In this document: positions 38,785-48,850 of the stretch, one piece after another
How the letters are laid out: each line of letters opens with the position of its first letter
Position numbering within the stretch: position 1 is the stretch's first letter
NCBI GenBank assembly: GCA_947175425.1
Contig: CAMWMR010000006.1
Span: 19,878-83,877, forward strand
From: an uncultured Porphyromonadaceae bacterium
GTDB lineage: Bacteria > Bacteroidota > Bacteroidia > Bacteroidales > Muribaculaceae
Reading direction: 5' to 3'
DNA: 64,000 nucleotides
Position numbers and translations under genes: made by a program
The notes under the pieces: generated by a model
What the model was told of the DNA's origin: nothing
The model's database searches: none
What the model saw: only the letters and a program-made list of their open reading frames with translations

Positions 38785-40170
38785 ATGAATCTACGTAAAA
38801 TTTTTGCCGCAGCTGCATTGTGCATGGCTGTTTGCGCTTCTGCTCAAACCCCTAAATATATTTTCTATTATATAGGCGACGGCATGGGCATGGGTCCCGT
38901 AATGGCCGCCGAGACATATAACCGCACGGTTCTTGAAAACGACACCCCCCTGACAATGTTACAGTTTCCTGTCGTGGGCTGGTGCACTACTTATTCCGCC
39001 TCGCACATAATCACCGACTCGGCCGCCGCAGGCACAGCTCTTTCCACCGGACACAAAACCAGTAACGGAATGCTGGGAATGGATGCCGACACCACTGTGG
39101 TATATTCTCTGGCTAAAGACCTGCGTGAAATGGGCTATGGAATAGGCATTGCAACAAGTGTAAATCCCGGCGATGCAACCCCGGGAGCATTTTACGCTCA
39201 TGTGCCGCATCGCAAAATGTACTACGAAATCTTCTCACAGATGGCCGAGACCGACTACCAGTTCTTTGCCGGCGCAGGCCTGGCCGGTACAGAAGACAAG
39301 GACGGCAAACCTACCGACCTGCTGCAGAAATTCGCCGACAACAAGATGCAGATTGTCCGCGGGCCCGAAGGAATAAAAGAAATCAACTCCGACAAAGTTC
39401 TGCTCCTCAATACCGAGGGCACGCCCAACTGGAACATCGGTTATACCATCGACTCCATTCCCGGCGTTCTTTCTTTGCCTCAGATTACCGAGGCTTGTCT
39501 GGCACAGCTGCAGCGTACCTCGCCCGATCGTTTCTTCATGATGATTGAAGGCGGTAACATTGACCATGCACTCCATGCCAACGACGGCGGCGCCGCCATC
39601 AAGGAAGTGCTCAACTTCGACAGCGCACTGGCCATAGCATTCGATTTCTACCGTCAGCATCCCGATGAAACCCTCATAGTCGTTACCGCCGATCACGATA
39701 CCGGCGGCATGGCCATTGTGCATCCAAAAAAACCTTTCGGCGGACTTGCCAACATCGATTTCCAACGCGTTTCTAAAGAAAACTTCAGCGAATACTGCAA
39801 AAGTTTGATGAAAAGCCGCAATGTATATACATGGGACGACATGAAAGAATACCTTGCCGAAAATCTCGGATTCTTCACTCATATCAAAGTCAGTGCAGAG
39901 CAGGAGGAAGCACTCAAAGGACTCTTTGAGGAAGCCATCAAACTCCGCAATACCCCCGATCAGGAAACTCTCTATGCAAACTTCAACGCGTTCGCAGTGG
40001 AAGTATTCCGTCTGTTCAACGATGCGGCAGGCCTTGCCTTCACAACCACAAGCCACTCGGGCAATCCCGTTCCTGTTTTTGCCGTTGGTGCAGGTGCCGA
40101 ACGATTCCGCGCCTACAACAATAACGTGAACATTCCCAAGGCCATTATGGAAACCGTGGAAAACAAATAA
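38785..40170 (+). CDS. alkaline phosphatase
   Basis: Signal peptide, metal-ligand motif YIGDGMG, catalytic Ser context TDSAAAGTALSTG, and DHDTGGM. Confidence 0.9.
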   Translation: MNLRKIFAAAALCMAVCASAQTPKYIFYYIGDGMGMGPVMAAETYNRTVLENDTPLTMLQFPVVGWCTTYSASHIITDSAAAGTALSTGHKTSNGMLGMDADTTVVYSLAKDLREMGYGIGIATSVNPGDATPGAFYAHVPHRKMYYEIFSQMAETDYQFFAGAGLAGTEDKDGKPTDLLQKFADNKMQIVRGPEGIKEINSDKVLLLNTEGTPNWNIGYTIDSIPGVLSLPQITEACLAQLQRTSPDRFFMMIEGGNIDHALHANDGGAAIKEVLNFDSALAIAFDFYRQHPDETLIVVTADHDTGGMAIVHPKKPFGGLANIDFQRVSKENFSEYCKSLMKSRNVYTWDDMKEYLAENLGFFTHIKVSAEQEEALKGLFEEAIKLRNTPDQETLYANFNAFAVEVFRLFNDAAGLAFTTTSHSGNPVPVFAVGAGAERFRAYNNNVNIPKAIMETVENK

Positions 40171-40227
40171 AGGTATCGTTTTGTTACATCATCAGAAAAA
40201 ATTTATAAACTCCTAAACATAAACAAC

Positions 40228-40854
40228 ATGGACACAAAAGAATTCGATCGTCTCAGCTACGCTCTCGGTCTCAGCATGGGACAGAACTTCCGTAGCTCGG
40301 GAATTGAAAACATACAGGTGCAGGACTTCGCCGACGGCGTTGCCGCCGTTTTCTACGGCTCCGAACCCAAAATGAGCTATCAGGAAGCAAAAGAAATTAT
40401 CAACGAATTTTTTACAGCCCTGCAGCAAAAACAGCAGGAGCAGGCAAAAGCAATGGCCGAACTTAACGAAAAGGCCGGAAACGATTTCCTCAAAGCCAAC
40501 GGCGAACGCGAGGAAGTGCTCGTAACTCCCAGCGGACTGCAATACGAAATCCTGAAGGAAGGCAAAGGTCCCCGCCCTGCCGCCAAAGACAGCGTACAGG
40601 TTCACTACACCGGAAAACTCATCGACGGAACCGTTTTCGATTCCAGCGTGGAGCGCGGCGAACCCGCAACTTTCGGTGTCACTCAGGTTATTCCCGGTTG
40701 GGTTGAGGCACTGCAGCTTATGCCGGAAGGCTCGGCATGGAGGCTCTATATTCCCTCGGCACTGGCTTACGGTCCTCAGGGTGCAGGCCCCATTGGTCCT
40801 AACCAGACTCTTATCTTCGATGTTGAACTGCTCAAAGTTTATCCTGCCGAATAA
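40228..40854 (+). CDS. FKBP-type peptidyl-prolyl cis-trans isomerase (FklB/Mip-like, no signal peptide)
   Basis: N-terminal FKBP_N helical region plus VHYTGKLIDGTVFDSSVERGEPATFGVTQVIPGWVEAL...LIFDVELL. Confidence 0.88.
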   Translation: MDTKEFDRLSYALGLSMGQNFRSSGIENIQVQDFADGVAAVFYGSEPKMSYQEAKEIINEFFTALQQKQQEQAKAMAELNEKAGNDFLKANGEREEVLVTPSGLQYEILKEGKGPRPAAKDSVQVHYTGKLIDGTVFDSSVERGEPATFGVTQVIPGWVEALQLMPEGSAWRLYIPSALAYGPQGAGPIGPNQTLIFDVELLKVYPAE

Positions 40855-40858
40855 GGGA

Positions 40859-41527
40859 ATGAGGCGACTCATAGCAATAGGCATAATGGCGGCTGCTTCA
40901 GTAGCTGCCAATGCCGGGACACAGGCCGCTACCGACAGTATCGACACTGCCGTGGCGGTCTTTGTCGCCAATAATTTCAAGGCGGCTCTTGAAAATGCTC
41001 TCGACAATCTCGAAAGCACCGGATTGAAATTCAATCGCGCAGCCGTCAAGGAACTTATGTTCGAGGAACTTTCCAAGCCTTACGATGCCTCGGCAGCCAC
41101 GGCAGCTTCGCAAACGATAGAACGCAACATCGAACGTCTTGCCGCCGAAGCCTCTGTCAAAATGCTGGCGGAAGCCGCTGCACGGCCGGGAGCCGTCACA
41201 ACCGAATCCGGACTTGTTTTTGAAAATATCATCGAAGGAACCGGAGCATCCCCTAAGGCCGAAAGTACAGTTTCCATACGTTACAGCGGCAGTTTGCCCG
41301 ACGGCCATGTTTTCGATTCAATCAGTCCCGGCGAAGCTCCGCTTGAGGCGGTGGCACAGGAACTGGCTCCCGGAATGACCGAGGCTCTGTTGCTTATGAA
41401 AACCGGAGGGAAAGCCGTTGCTACAGTTCCGGCACATCTTGCCTACGGCAAAACCGGAGTTCCCGGAGTTATTCCCCCCGACTGTACTCTGCGATTCGAA
41501 ATTGAACTTGTGGACGTAAAAAATTAA
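40859..41527 (+). CDS. FKBP-type peptidyl-prolyl isomerase paralog, divergent, secreted
   Basis: ORF 40676..41527. Preferred start is MRRLIAIGIMAAASVAANA (ATG 40859). The FKBP core IRYSGSLPDGHVFDS...LAPGMTEAL...LRFEIELV has several canonical aromatic positions replaced. Confidence 0.7.
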   Translation: MRRLIAIGIMAAASVAANAGTQAATDSIDTAVAVFVANNFKAALENALDNLESTGLKFNRAAVKELMFEELSKPYDASAATAASQTIERNIERLAAEASVKMLAEAAARPGAVTTESGLVFENIIEGTGASPKAESTVSIRYSGSLPDGHVFDSISPGEAPLEAVAQELAPGMTEALLLMKTGGKAVATVPAHLAYGKTGVPGVIPPDCTLRFEIELVDVKN

Positions 41528-41548
41528 TATAACAAATACCAAATAACT

Positions 41549-42430
41549 ATGAAGAAAATGATTTTGGGTTCGCTGGCGCTTATGGCAGCCGTGACCTTTA
41601 CTTCCTGCGACAAGACTGCCTCCAGTGCAGCTCCCACAGCAATCGACTCTCTTTCCTCGGCTTACGGAGACTATGTTGGCGCCATGCTCTACTCCGATTT
41701 AGGCCGGATGGGCAAAGGTGAAAAGGCCGACAAGCAGGAATTTGTTCGCGGCATGCAGCTTGTTTTCGCCGCTCCCCAGGAAGAAAACATCCGCATGGGC
41801 ATGCAGGTGGCCATGCGAATGCTCGCCGAAATGGATCAGCTTGAACAGCAAGGCATAAAAGTTGACCGTGTTGCTGTAATGAACTCATTCAAGGATGTGT
41901 TCCTCAGCAACGACATGAACATGGATCAAATGGCAAACTACGAAATGGACTTCCGTGACCTGTATCAGCGTGCCGCTGCTGAAGCCGAGGCTGCCAAGAA
42001 TGCCGAAAAGGAAAGCGAACCCGAAACCGTACAGAACGGAATGATTGGCCAGGCTTATGTGGATAATCTCAAGGCAAACGACCCCGAGGTAAAGACAACC
42101 GACAGCGGACTGAGCTATAAAATTGAAGAACCCGGCACCGGCGACAAACCCGCCGAAACATCTACCGTAAAGGTTCACTACACCGGACGCCACATCGACG
42201 GTTCCGTATTCGACTCAAGTGTTCAGCGCGGCGAACCTGCAACCTTCAACCTCCAGGGCGTTGTTCCCGGCTTCCGCGAAGGCATTATGCAGCTTGCCAA
42301 AGGTGGTAAAGCCACTCTTTACATCCCCGGCAAACTTGCCTACGGAAATAACGGAACTCCCGACGGAAGCATCAAGCCAAACGAAACTCTTGTTTTCGAC
42401 GTAGAGCTTCTGGAAGTTCTTCCCGAATAA
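41549..42430 (+). CDS. FKBP-type peptidyl-prolyl cis-trans isomerase lipoprotein
   Basis: Lipobox AAVTFTSC. Core VHYTGRHIDGSVFDSSVQRGEPATFNLQGVVPGFREGI...LVFDVELL. Confidence 0.88.
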   Translation: MKKMILGSLALMAAVTFTSCDKTASSAAPTAIDSLSSAYGDYVGAMLYSDLGRMGKGEKADKQEFVRGMQLVFAAPQEENIRMGMQVAMRMLAEMDQLEQQGIKVDRVAVMNSFKDVFLSNDMNMDQMANYEMDFRDLYQRAAAEAEAAKNAEKESEPETVQNGMIGQAYVDNLKANDPEVKTTDSGLSYKIEEPGTGDKPAETSTVKVHYTGRHIDGSVFDSSVQRGEPATFNLQGVVPGFREGIMQLAKGGKATLYIPGKLAYGNNGTPDGSIKPNETLVFDVELLEVLPE

Positions 42431-42502
42431 ACTTATAGTTTAAGAATTATACCGGCGGGGCTGCGCAAGCGGTTCCGCCGCTATTCAACCGGTCACACTG
42501 CA

Positions 42503-44824
42503 ATGAAAAAGAAGAGCCTGTCGATATCCGACATATCACCCGATGTATGCCCCGACGGCATGACGCCGGAACAGTGGCAACGCAGCCTGCGACGTCAGGC
42601 CGCAGTGAACGGGAACTTTGTGGTGGGAGAATTACCCGACCGCCGTTCCAAGGGGCTATATGCCGTTTCCAATCCCAAAACCAAAAAGATTTACAAGGTG
42701 GCATTCCACGGCTCGGAAAGTCAGTGGAACAGCTGCGACTGCATGGACTTCCGCACCAACGGCCTCGGTACCTGCAAACATATCGAGGGCGTCGCACTCC
42801 ACCTGGAAAGGGAAGGAAAGAAACCATGCGCCGACATGCCTTCCAACTCGGCTCTGGATGTAAGCTATTCCGGCGGACGCCGACTGCGGTTGCGTATAGG
42901 CAGCGACAATGCCGAGGCAATGGCTCTGGTTGCCATGCGTTATTTCGACGATGACATGTTAGCCGTCCGTGGACTTGTGGCAGAGTTACCCGATTTTATT
43001 GAACAGGCCCGCAAAATAGACCCGCTTTTCCATTGTTCCTCCGATGCCCTCAACATAATATTGGAAGAGCGCGATCGCAGGCGTCGTGCCAAAATGGCCG
43101 AGGACATAAAAGATGAAGAAATCGACCGGTTGCTGAAAATAAGCCTGTATCCCTGTCAGCGTGAAGGCGTACGCTTTGCCTTTTGCGCCGGACGCGCTCT
43201 CATTGCCGATGAAATGGGGCTTGGCAAAACGCTTCAGGCATTGGCAACGGCCGAGCTGCTGCTGGCCAAGAACATGGCCGGTACGGTGTTGATTGTTTGC
43301 CCGACATCGCTCAAATATCAATGGAAGCGAGAGATTGAACGCTTTACATCGTCCACAGTAACAGTTATTGAGGGCATTCATACCTATCGCCGCAATCTGT
43401 ACGATTCCGCCACTCACTATAAGATTGTGTCATACCATACACTGGCCAACGACATCAATACTCTGGGCACACTGCGTACCGACATGCTCATAATGGACGA
43501 GGTACAGCGCCTTAAAAACTGGAACACACAAATTGCAAAAGCCGCACGCAGGATTGAATCGGATTATGCAGTTGTTCTTTCCGGGACTCCGTTGGAAAAC
43601 CGTCCCGAGGAATTGTATTCCGTCATGCAGTTTGTGGATCAGTATGCCCTTGGCCCTTACCATGAATTCCTTGAAAGCATAAGCATTCGCGACTCGCGGG
43701 GAAACACTGTAGGATACCGCAAACTCAACGAGATAGCCGAGCGGCTGAAAGGCCACATTATTCGCCGGCGCAAAAGCGATGTTGCCATAGAACTTCCCGA
43801 ACGCACCGAGAAAGTGCTTTACGTTCCAATGACAAAAGAGCAACGGCAGATACACGACAGCAGTCGGCAGGCTTTGGCACAACTGGTATCGAAATGGCAA
43901 CGCTCGGGATTCCTTACCGAGAAAGACCGCAAACGTCTGCTGCAGCTTCTGGCCCGCATGCGCATGGTTTGCGACAGCACCTTCCTTGTGGACCGCAAAA
44001 CGCGATTCGACACCAAAGTGGCCGAAGCCGTACAGCTCATCCTCTCAATGATAGAAAGCGGCTCGGAAAAAGCAGTGGTGTTCAGCCAATGGGAACGGAT
44101 GACCTCCCTTATAGCCCGTGAACTTGAAAAAGCAGGCGTGGAGTTTGAATATCTGAGCGGCAATATAAGCTCTCAAAAACGCTTCCGCATTGCCGAAAAT
44201 TTCAATAACTCGGCACAAAAACGTGTATTCATATCCACCGATGCAGGCAGCACGGGGCTAAACCTGCAGGGAGCTTCCCTGTTAATCAACCTCGACATTC
44301 CGTGGAATCCGGCCATACTTGAGCAGCGCATTGCACGAATCGACCGCATAGGCCAGCGCAATAAAATACGCATTGTAAAACTCGTGGCCTCTGCAACAAT
44401 CGAGGAACGTCTGCTCGCCACATTGTCATTCAAAAACAATGTGTTCGAGGGGATTATGGACAATGGCGACGAAAGCATAACCCTCGACGACGGACGTCTT
44501 GCCATAATAGCTCAGGGACTAAGCCGCATGCTTGAACCTGAGGGACAAAACCTAACCGAAGCAAGCGAGTCGGAAGCAGTTATAGGCGATACCGAAACAA
44601 GCGCACCCGAGGGTGCCGTCCCCACAGGTGCCGAACTCGTGAATGCCGCATCATCGTTTCTGGCGGGGCTTGAGGCCACTCTCAAGTCACCGGAGGCAAC
44701 ATCCGAGCTGCTCGATTCCATACTCAGAACCGACGAAAAAACCGGACGCACACTGCTGTGTATTCCCGTGCCGGGACGCGAGGCCGTGGAAAATATTATT
44801 GCCGCACTGCGCCACTCATTATAG
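42503..44824 (+). CDS. SNF2 family helicase with N-terminal SWIM zinc finger
   Basis: SWIM motif CDCMDFRTNGLGTCKH (CxCx(n)CxH). Helicase motif I DEMGLGKT and motif II MDEVQRLKN. The C-terminal helicase lobe has QRIARIDRIGQ. Confidence 0.9.
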   Translation: MKKKSLSISDISPDVCPDGMTPEQWQRSLRRQAAVNGNFVVGELPDRRSKGLYAVSNPKTKKIYKVAFHGSESQWNSCDCMDFRTNGLGTCKHIEGVALHLEREGKKPCADMPSNSALDVSYSGGRRLRLRIGSDNAEAMALVAMRYFDDDMLAVRGLVAELPDFIEQARKIDPLFHCSSDALNIILEERDRRRRAKMAEDIKDEEIDRLLKISLYPCQREGVRFAFCAGRALIADEMGLGKTLQALATAELLLAKNMAGTVLIVCPTSLKYQWKREIERFTSSTVTVIEGIHTYRRNLYDSATHYKIVSYHTLANDINTLGTLRTDMLIMDEVQRLKNWNTQIAKAARRIESDYAVVLSGTPLENRPEELYSVMQFVDQYALGPYHEFLESISIRDSRGNTVGYRKLNEIAERLKGHIIRRRKSDVAIELPERTEKVLYVPMTKEQRQIHDSSRQALAQLVSKWQRSGFLTEKDRKRLLQLLARMRMVCDSTFLVDRKTRFDTKVAEAVQLILSMIESGSEKAVVFSQWERMTSLIARELEKAGVEFEYLSGNISSQKRFRIAENFNNSAQKRVFISTDAGSTGLNLQGASLLINLDIPWNPAILEQRIARIDRIGQRNKIRIVKLVASATIEERLLATLSFKNNVFEGIMDNGDESITLDDGRLAIIAQGLSRMLEPEGQNLTEASESEAVIGDTETSAPEGAVPTGAELVNAASSFLAGLEATLKSPEATSELLDSILRTDEKTGRTLLCIPVPGREAVENIIAALRHSL

Positions 44825-44885
44825 CACAAGAATACAAAAATCATTAATTTACGGTGCGAAAACTTATCAACTCAAAGCTTTGTTG

Positions 44886-44893
44886 TATATTTG
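44886..44893 (+). promoter_or_regulatory. Bacteroidetes -7 promoter box (TAtaTTTG) upstream of the DEAD-box helicase gene
   Basis: TATATTTG lies 28 nt upstream of ATG 44921. Confidence 0.5.
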
Positions 44894-44920
44894 TAGTTTA
44901 ATTAATCAAAATAAAGATAT

Positions 44921-46645
44921 ATGACATTTCAGGAATTAGGCGTACGCGATGACTTGCTGCGCGGCATTGCCGACATGGGCTTCGAGACGCCTATGCCCGT
45001 ACAAGAAAAAGTTATACCCGTTTTGTTGAACGGCGACCACGACCTTGTAGCCCTTGCCCAGACAGGCACGGGAAAGACCGCGGCGTTCGGCTTGCCGGTA
45101 CTTCAACGCATAGATTCGAACCTGCACAAACCGCAGGCGCTTATTCTTGCTCCTACGCGAGAATTGTGCCTCCAGATTGCCGGAGACCTTGCCGACTTTT
45201 CCAAGTACATGAAGAACGTGGTGGTGCTTCCCGTTTATGGCGGCAGTAGCATCGAAAGCCAGATACGTTCTCTGCGACAGGGCGTGCAGATAGTTGTTGC
45301 AACTCCGGGCCGACTCATCGACCTCATCAACCGTGGCGTGGTGGACCTTGCAAACGTACACACCGTTGTGCTCGACGAAGCCGACGAAATGCTCAACATG
45401 GGTTTTGTGGATTCCATCAACGACATTCTCTCCCATGTTCCCGACGAACGTAAAATGCTTATGTTCTCGGCCACAATGCCTGCCGAAGTGGCAAAAATTT
45501 CAAAACGCTTCATGACCAATCCTGAGGAGATTGTTATTGGAACACGCAACGAGGGCGCTAAAAACGTAAAGCATGTATATTACATGGTGAACGCACGCGA
45601 CAAATACCTTGCGCTCAAGCGTATTGCCGATGATTCGCCAAACATTTACGCCATAATATTCTGCCGCACTCGCCGCGACACACAGGAAATTGCCGACAAA
45701 CTCATTCAGGACGGATATAATGCCGACGCTCTGCATGGCGACCTCTCGCAGCAACAGCGCGACATTGTTATGAAAAAGTTCCGCGACCGTGTAATAAAAA
45801 TGCTCGTGGCTACCGATGTGGCTGCCCGCGGACTCGACGTGGACGACCTTACTCACGTAATTAACTACGGCCTGCCCGATGACGCCGCCGTATACACACA
45901 TCGCTCGGGACGTACCGGACGCGCCGGAAAAACCGGCGTTTCGGTAGCCATTATACACTCGCGCGAAAAAGGAAAACTCCGCGACATAGAACGTATAATC
46001 GGTAAAAAATTCGAGCGCAAGGAAGTTCCCACTCCTCAGCATATTATTGAGAAACAGCTCTACAACCTTGCCGACCGCCTTGAACGCGTGGAAGTAAACG
46101 AAGAGGAAATAAGCAATTATCTTCCCGGCGTTCTCCGAAAACTTTCGTGGCTCTCCACCGAGGACCTTCTCAAACGAGTGCTCTCCCTCGAATTCAACAG
46201 GCTTCTCAACTATTACAAGGATGCGCCCAACATCGATTTCATTGACGAAAAGCCCAAAAAGGAAAAGAAAGAACGCGACGGCAAAGCGCGCACCGATGCC
46301 GAAAAGGATCGCCGTACAGCCGAACGCGGAATGGCGCGTATCTATATAAATGTTGGCAAAGGCGACGGATTTTATGCCGGCAACCTCATTGAAATGCTTA
46401 ACAAAAACGTAAACGGCGCCCGTGTGGACGTTGGACGTATCGACCTGCTGCCCTCCTACTCACTGTTCGATGTAAAGAAAAGCGATGCCTCGCGAGTAGT
46501 TGCCGCGCTAAAGGGTCTTGAATTCTTTGGGAAACGTATATTCAGCGAAATAGCCGATAAAGACCGCGACTACGCCCACGCCTCCGGACGAAAATCAAAG
46601 AAAAAAGAAACCCGGGAGAAATCGCCCCGCGGAAAAAGAAAGTAA
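44921..46645 (+). CDS. DEAD-box ATP-dependent RNA helicase (DeaD/CsdA-like with DbpA-type C-terminal RNA-binding region and basic tail)
   Basis: Q-motif region, AQTGTGKT, VLDEADEML, SAT and HRSGRTGRAG motifs. Lys/Arg-rich C-terminus. Confidence 0.93.
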   Translation: MTFQELGVRDDLLRGIADMGFETPMPVQEKVIPVLLNGDHDLVALAQTGTGKTAAFGLPVLQRIDSNLHKPQALILAPTRELCLQIAGDLADFSKYMKNVVVLPVYGGSSIESQIRSLRQGVQIVVATPGRLIDLINRGVVDLANVHTVVLDEADEMLNMGFVDSINDILSHVPDERKMLMFSATMPAEVAKISKRFMTNPEEIVIGTRNEGAKNVKHVYYMVNARDKYLALKRIADDSPNIYAIIFCRTRRDTQEIADKLIQDGYNADALHGDLSQQQRDIVMKKFRDRVIKMLVATDVAARGLDVDDLTHVINYGLPDDAAVYTHRSGRTGRAGKTGVSVAIIHSREKGKLRDIERIIGKKFERKEVPTPQHIIEKQLYNLADRLERVEVNEEEISNYLPGVLRKLSWLSTEDLLKRVLSLEFNRLLNYYKDAPNIDFIDEKPKKEKKERDGKARTDAEKDRRTAERGMARIYINVGKGDGFYAGNLIEMLNKNVNGARVDVGRIDLLPSYSLFDVKKSDASRVVAALKGLEFFGKRIFSEIADKDRDYAHASGRKSKKKETREKSPRGKRK

Positions 46646-46686
46646 GCCGGAGCTTATAACCGTTTACACAAGTTCAAGTGACGCAC

Positions 46687-47334
46687 ATGAATCGTAAATT
46701 AACCGTATTCGCCGTAGCCGCAACAGCGGCTGCGGCTTTTATGCCTTTCGGCATCGAGGCCCGTACCGCCGCGGATTTCTTTAAGCAGGCTCCGCAAAGT
46801 GTGATACCCGTTCTTGCGGTGAACACGCGTCTGGACATGCTGGACTACTATAACTCGGGAATGTTCACTCCCGTGGCTAACCGCGTGAACGGTAAAAGCA
46901 CTCTTTCCAAAGTGGACGATATGCACCTCAAGGTGGAGCTGTCGGAAAATTCATCGCTTCAGCTTGCAGTGATACCGATGAAAAAGGACACCGTAATTGC
47001 CGTAATAGAAACGGTGAAATGTCCTGTCGCCGACAGCGGCATACGTTTTTACCGGGCAAAGGACTGGAGCGAAATTGATGTTCCGGCTCATTCGCCGTCG
47101 GTAACCGAATTTGTTGCTCCCGACAAACGTAAGCAGGCCGTAGCCGGAGATTTGCCGAGATTCGCTTTCAGCAACGCTGAATTTGTTCCCGAAAAGAACG
47201 TGTTTGTGTTCCACAACACAACGGCCGACTTTTATCATGATACCGACAAGCCCGCCGGACTTGAATTGATGCAAGACCTTGTTGCCATGCGTTTCGACGG
47301 CCGCAAACTTGTGGAAGTCAAGAGTTACAAATGA
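46687..47334 (+). CDS. DUF3256 family secreted protein
   Basis: ORF 46678..47334 (GTG). Preferred start is ATG 46687, MNRKLTVFAVAATAAAAF. Family-like TRLDMLDYYNSG segment. Confidence 0.55.
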   Translation: MNRKLTVFAVAATAAAAFMPFGIEARTAADFFKQAPQSVIPVLAVNTRLDMLDYYNSGMFTPVANRVNGKSTLSKVDDMHLKVELSENSSLQLAVIPMKKDTVIAVIETVKCPVADSGIRFYRAKDWSEIDVPAHSPSVTEFVAPDKRKQAVAGDLPRFAFSNAEFVPEKNVFVFHNTTADFYHDTDKPAGLELMQDLVAMRFDGRKLVEVKSYK

Positions 47335-48722
47335 ACACTTCTTCGGAAAATCCAATAAGCCTGCTGGAACTCAACAGGCGCATCACTCGGGCACTCACAG
47401 CAATGCCGGGACTTGAAAATGTGTGGGTCACAGCCGAGACATCGGACCTCCGCACATCAGGCGGACACTGTTACATGGAGCTTGTGCAGAAAGATGAAAG
47501 CGGCCGACAGCTTGCCAAGTGCCGGGCGGCAATATGGGCTTCGGCTTTCGCACGGCTTTCGGCAAAGTTTTCGTCCGCAACGGGCTCGGCACTGCGCAGC
47601 GACATGAAAATTATGGTGCGTGTAAGCGTTAGCCACCATGCCGTGTACGGAATGTGCCTTGTAATAAGCGACATAAATCCCGAGTATACTCTCGGCGACC
47701 TGGCACGACGCCGTAACGAGATTCTTGCCCGCCTGAAACGCGAGGGCATATACGATTTCAACCGCAGCCTGCCGTGGAGCTTCACACCTTGCCGGATTGC
47801 GGTGATTTCGGCCCGCGGAGCCGCCGGCTTCGGCGATTTCATGAAACATCTGCACAACAACCCTCTGCGTTTACGGTTCACCACCGACCTTTACGAGGCC
47901 TCCATGCAGGGCGTTAACACTTCGGCAAGCGTAATAGCGGCAATGGAAGCGGTTATGGAACGGGTGGACAGCTACGACTGTGTTGTAATTATACGCGGAG
48001 GCGGTGCCGTAAGCGAACTCGCCGCTTTCGACGACTACATGCTCGCTCTTCACGTCGCCCAGTTCCCTCTGCCCGTAATTGTTGGAATAGGCCACGAGCG
48101 CGACGTCACCGTTTTAGACTATGTGGCCAATACCCGCGTCAAAACCCCAACTGCCGCAGCCGAAATACTCATTGCCCGCATGACCGAGGCATATGCCGCA
48201 GCTGCCGATACCGGCCGCGACATTCTTGCCACCGTACGCTCCATTGTTGCGGCCCGACGCGAACAACTGGCTTACTACAGCGGCCTGCTTCCGGCCCGCG
48301 TGCAGAATGTTTTGGCCGAGCAACGCAGGATTACAGGCCGGAATGCATCGCAAGCAGTGTTGCAGGCAGTTACAGCCGTTGTTGAACGGCAGCGCCGACT
48401 GGTAGGCCGCGAAGCCGTTGAAAATCTTTCGCATCTGGTATCATCGGCCATTTCACGACAGCGGCGGCTCACAGGCGAGGAGCTTGTTGCAAGCGTTACT
48501 CATGCCTCTCGCAGCGTTTTCAACCGCCACAATGCACGCCTGCAGGCGTTGGGCGAAATTCTCGATGTACTCTCTCCCGAGGCAACCCTGCGGCGCGGAT
48601 ACACAATAACACGCCGTAACGGCAAAGCGGTTTCCAATGGTGACATTTTGCGAACCGGAGATGTCATTACAACCGTTTTTGCTTGCGGAGAGGCTGTTAT
48701 ATCGCGCGTAGAGAAAGATTGA
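47331..48722 (+). CDS. xseA: exodeoxyribonuclease VII large subunit
   Basis: 463 aa. Contains an N-terminal OB fold (VWVTAETSDLRTSGGHCYMEL), a catalytic core (IIRGGGAVSELAAFDD, GIGHERD) and a long helical C-terminus. The start overlaps the upstream stop (ATGA). Confidence 0.9.
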   Translation: MNTSSENPISLLELNRRITRALTAMPGLENVWVTAETSDLRTSGGHCYMELVQKDESGRQLAKCRAAIWASAFARLSAKFSSATGSALRSDMKIMVRVSVSHHAVYGMCLVISDINPEYTLGDLARRRNEILARLKREGIYDFNRSLPWSFTPCRIAVISARGAAGFGDFMKHLHNNPLRLRFTTDLYEASMQGVNTSASVIAAMEAVMERVDSYDCVVIIRGGGAVSELAAFDDYMLALHVAQFPLPVIVGIGHERDVTVLDYVANTRVKTPTAAAEILIARMTEAYAAAADTGRDILATVRSIVAARREQLAYYSGLLPARVQNVLAEQRRITGRNASQAVLQAVTAVVERQRRLVGREAVENLSHLVSSAISRQRRLTGEELVASVTHASRSVFNRHNARLQALGEILDVLSPEATLRRGYTITRRNGKAVSNGDILRTGDVITTVFACGEAVISRVEKD

Positions 48723-48813
48723 CACAACTTTAAATAATATCTATTTTAAGTAGATTTTATTGCAAGAGAATTGGTTTTCGGCTACAAAATTTGCATTTGT
48801 ATTCTAAAAACAA

Positions 48814-48821
48814 TAACTTTG
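48814..48821 (+). promoter_or_regulatory. Bacteroidetes -7 promoter box (TAacTTTG) upstream of the Lrp/AsnC gene
   Basis: TAACTTTG lies 30 nt upstream of ATG 48851. Confidence 0.5.
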
Positions 48822-48850
48822 CAAAAAATACAAACAAATGCATCAACCCC

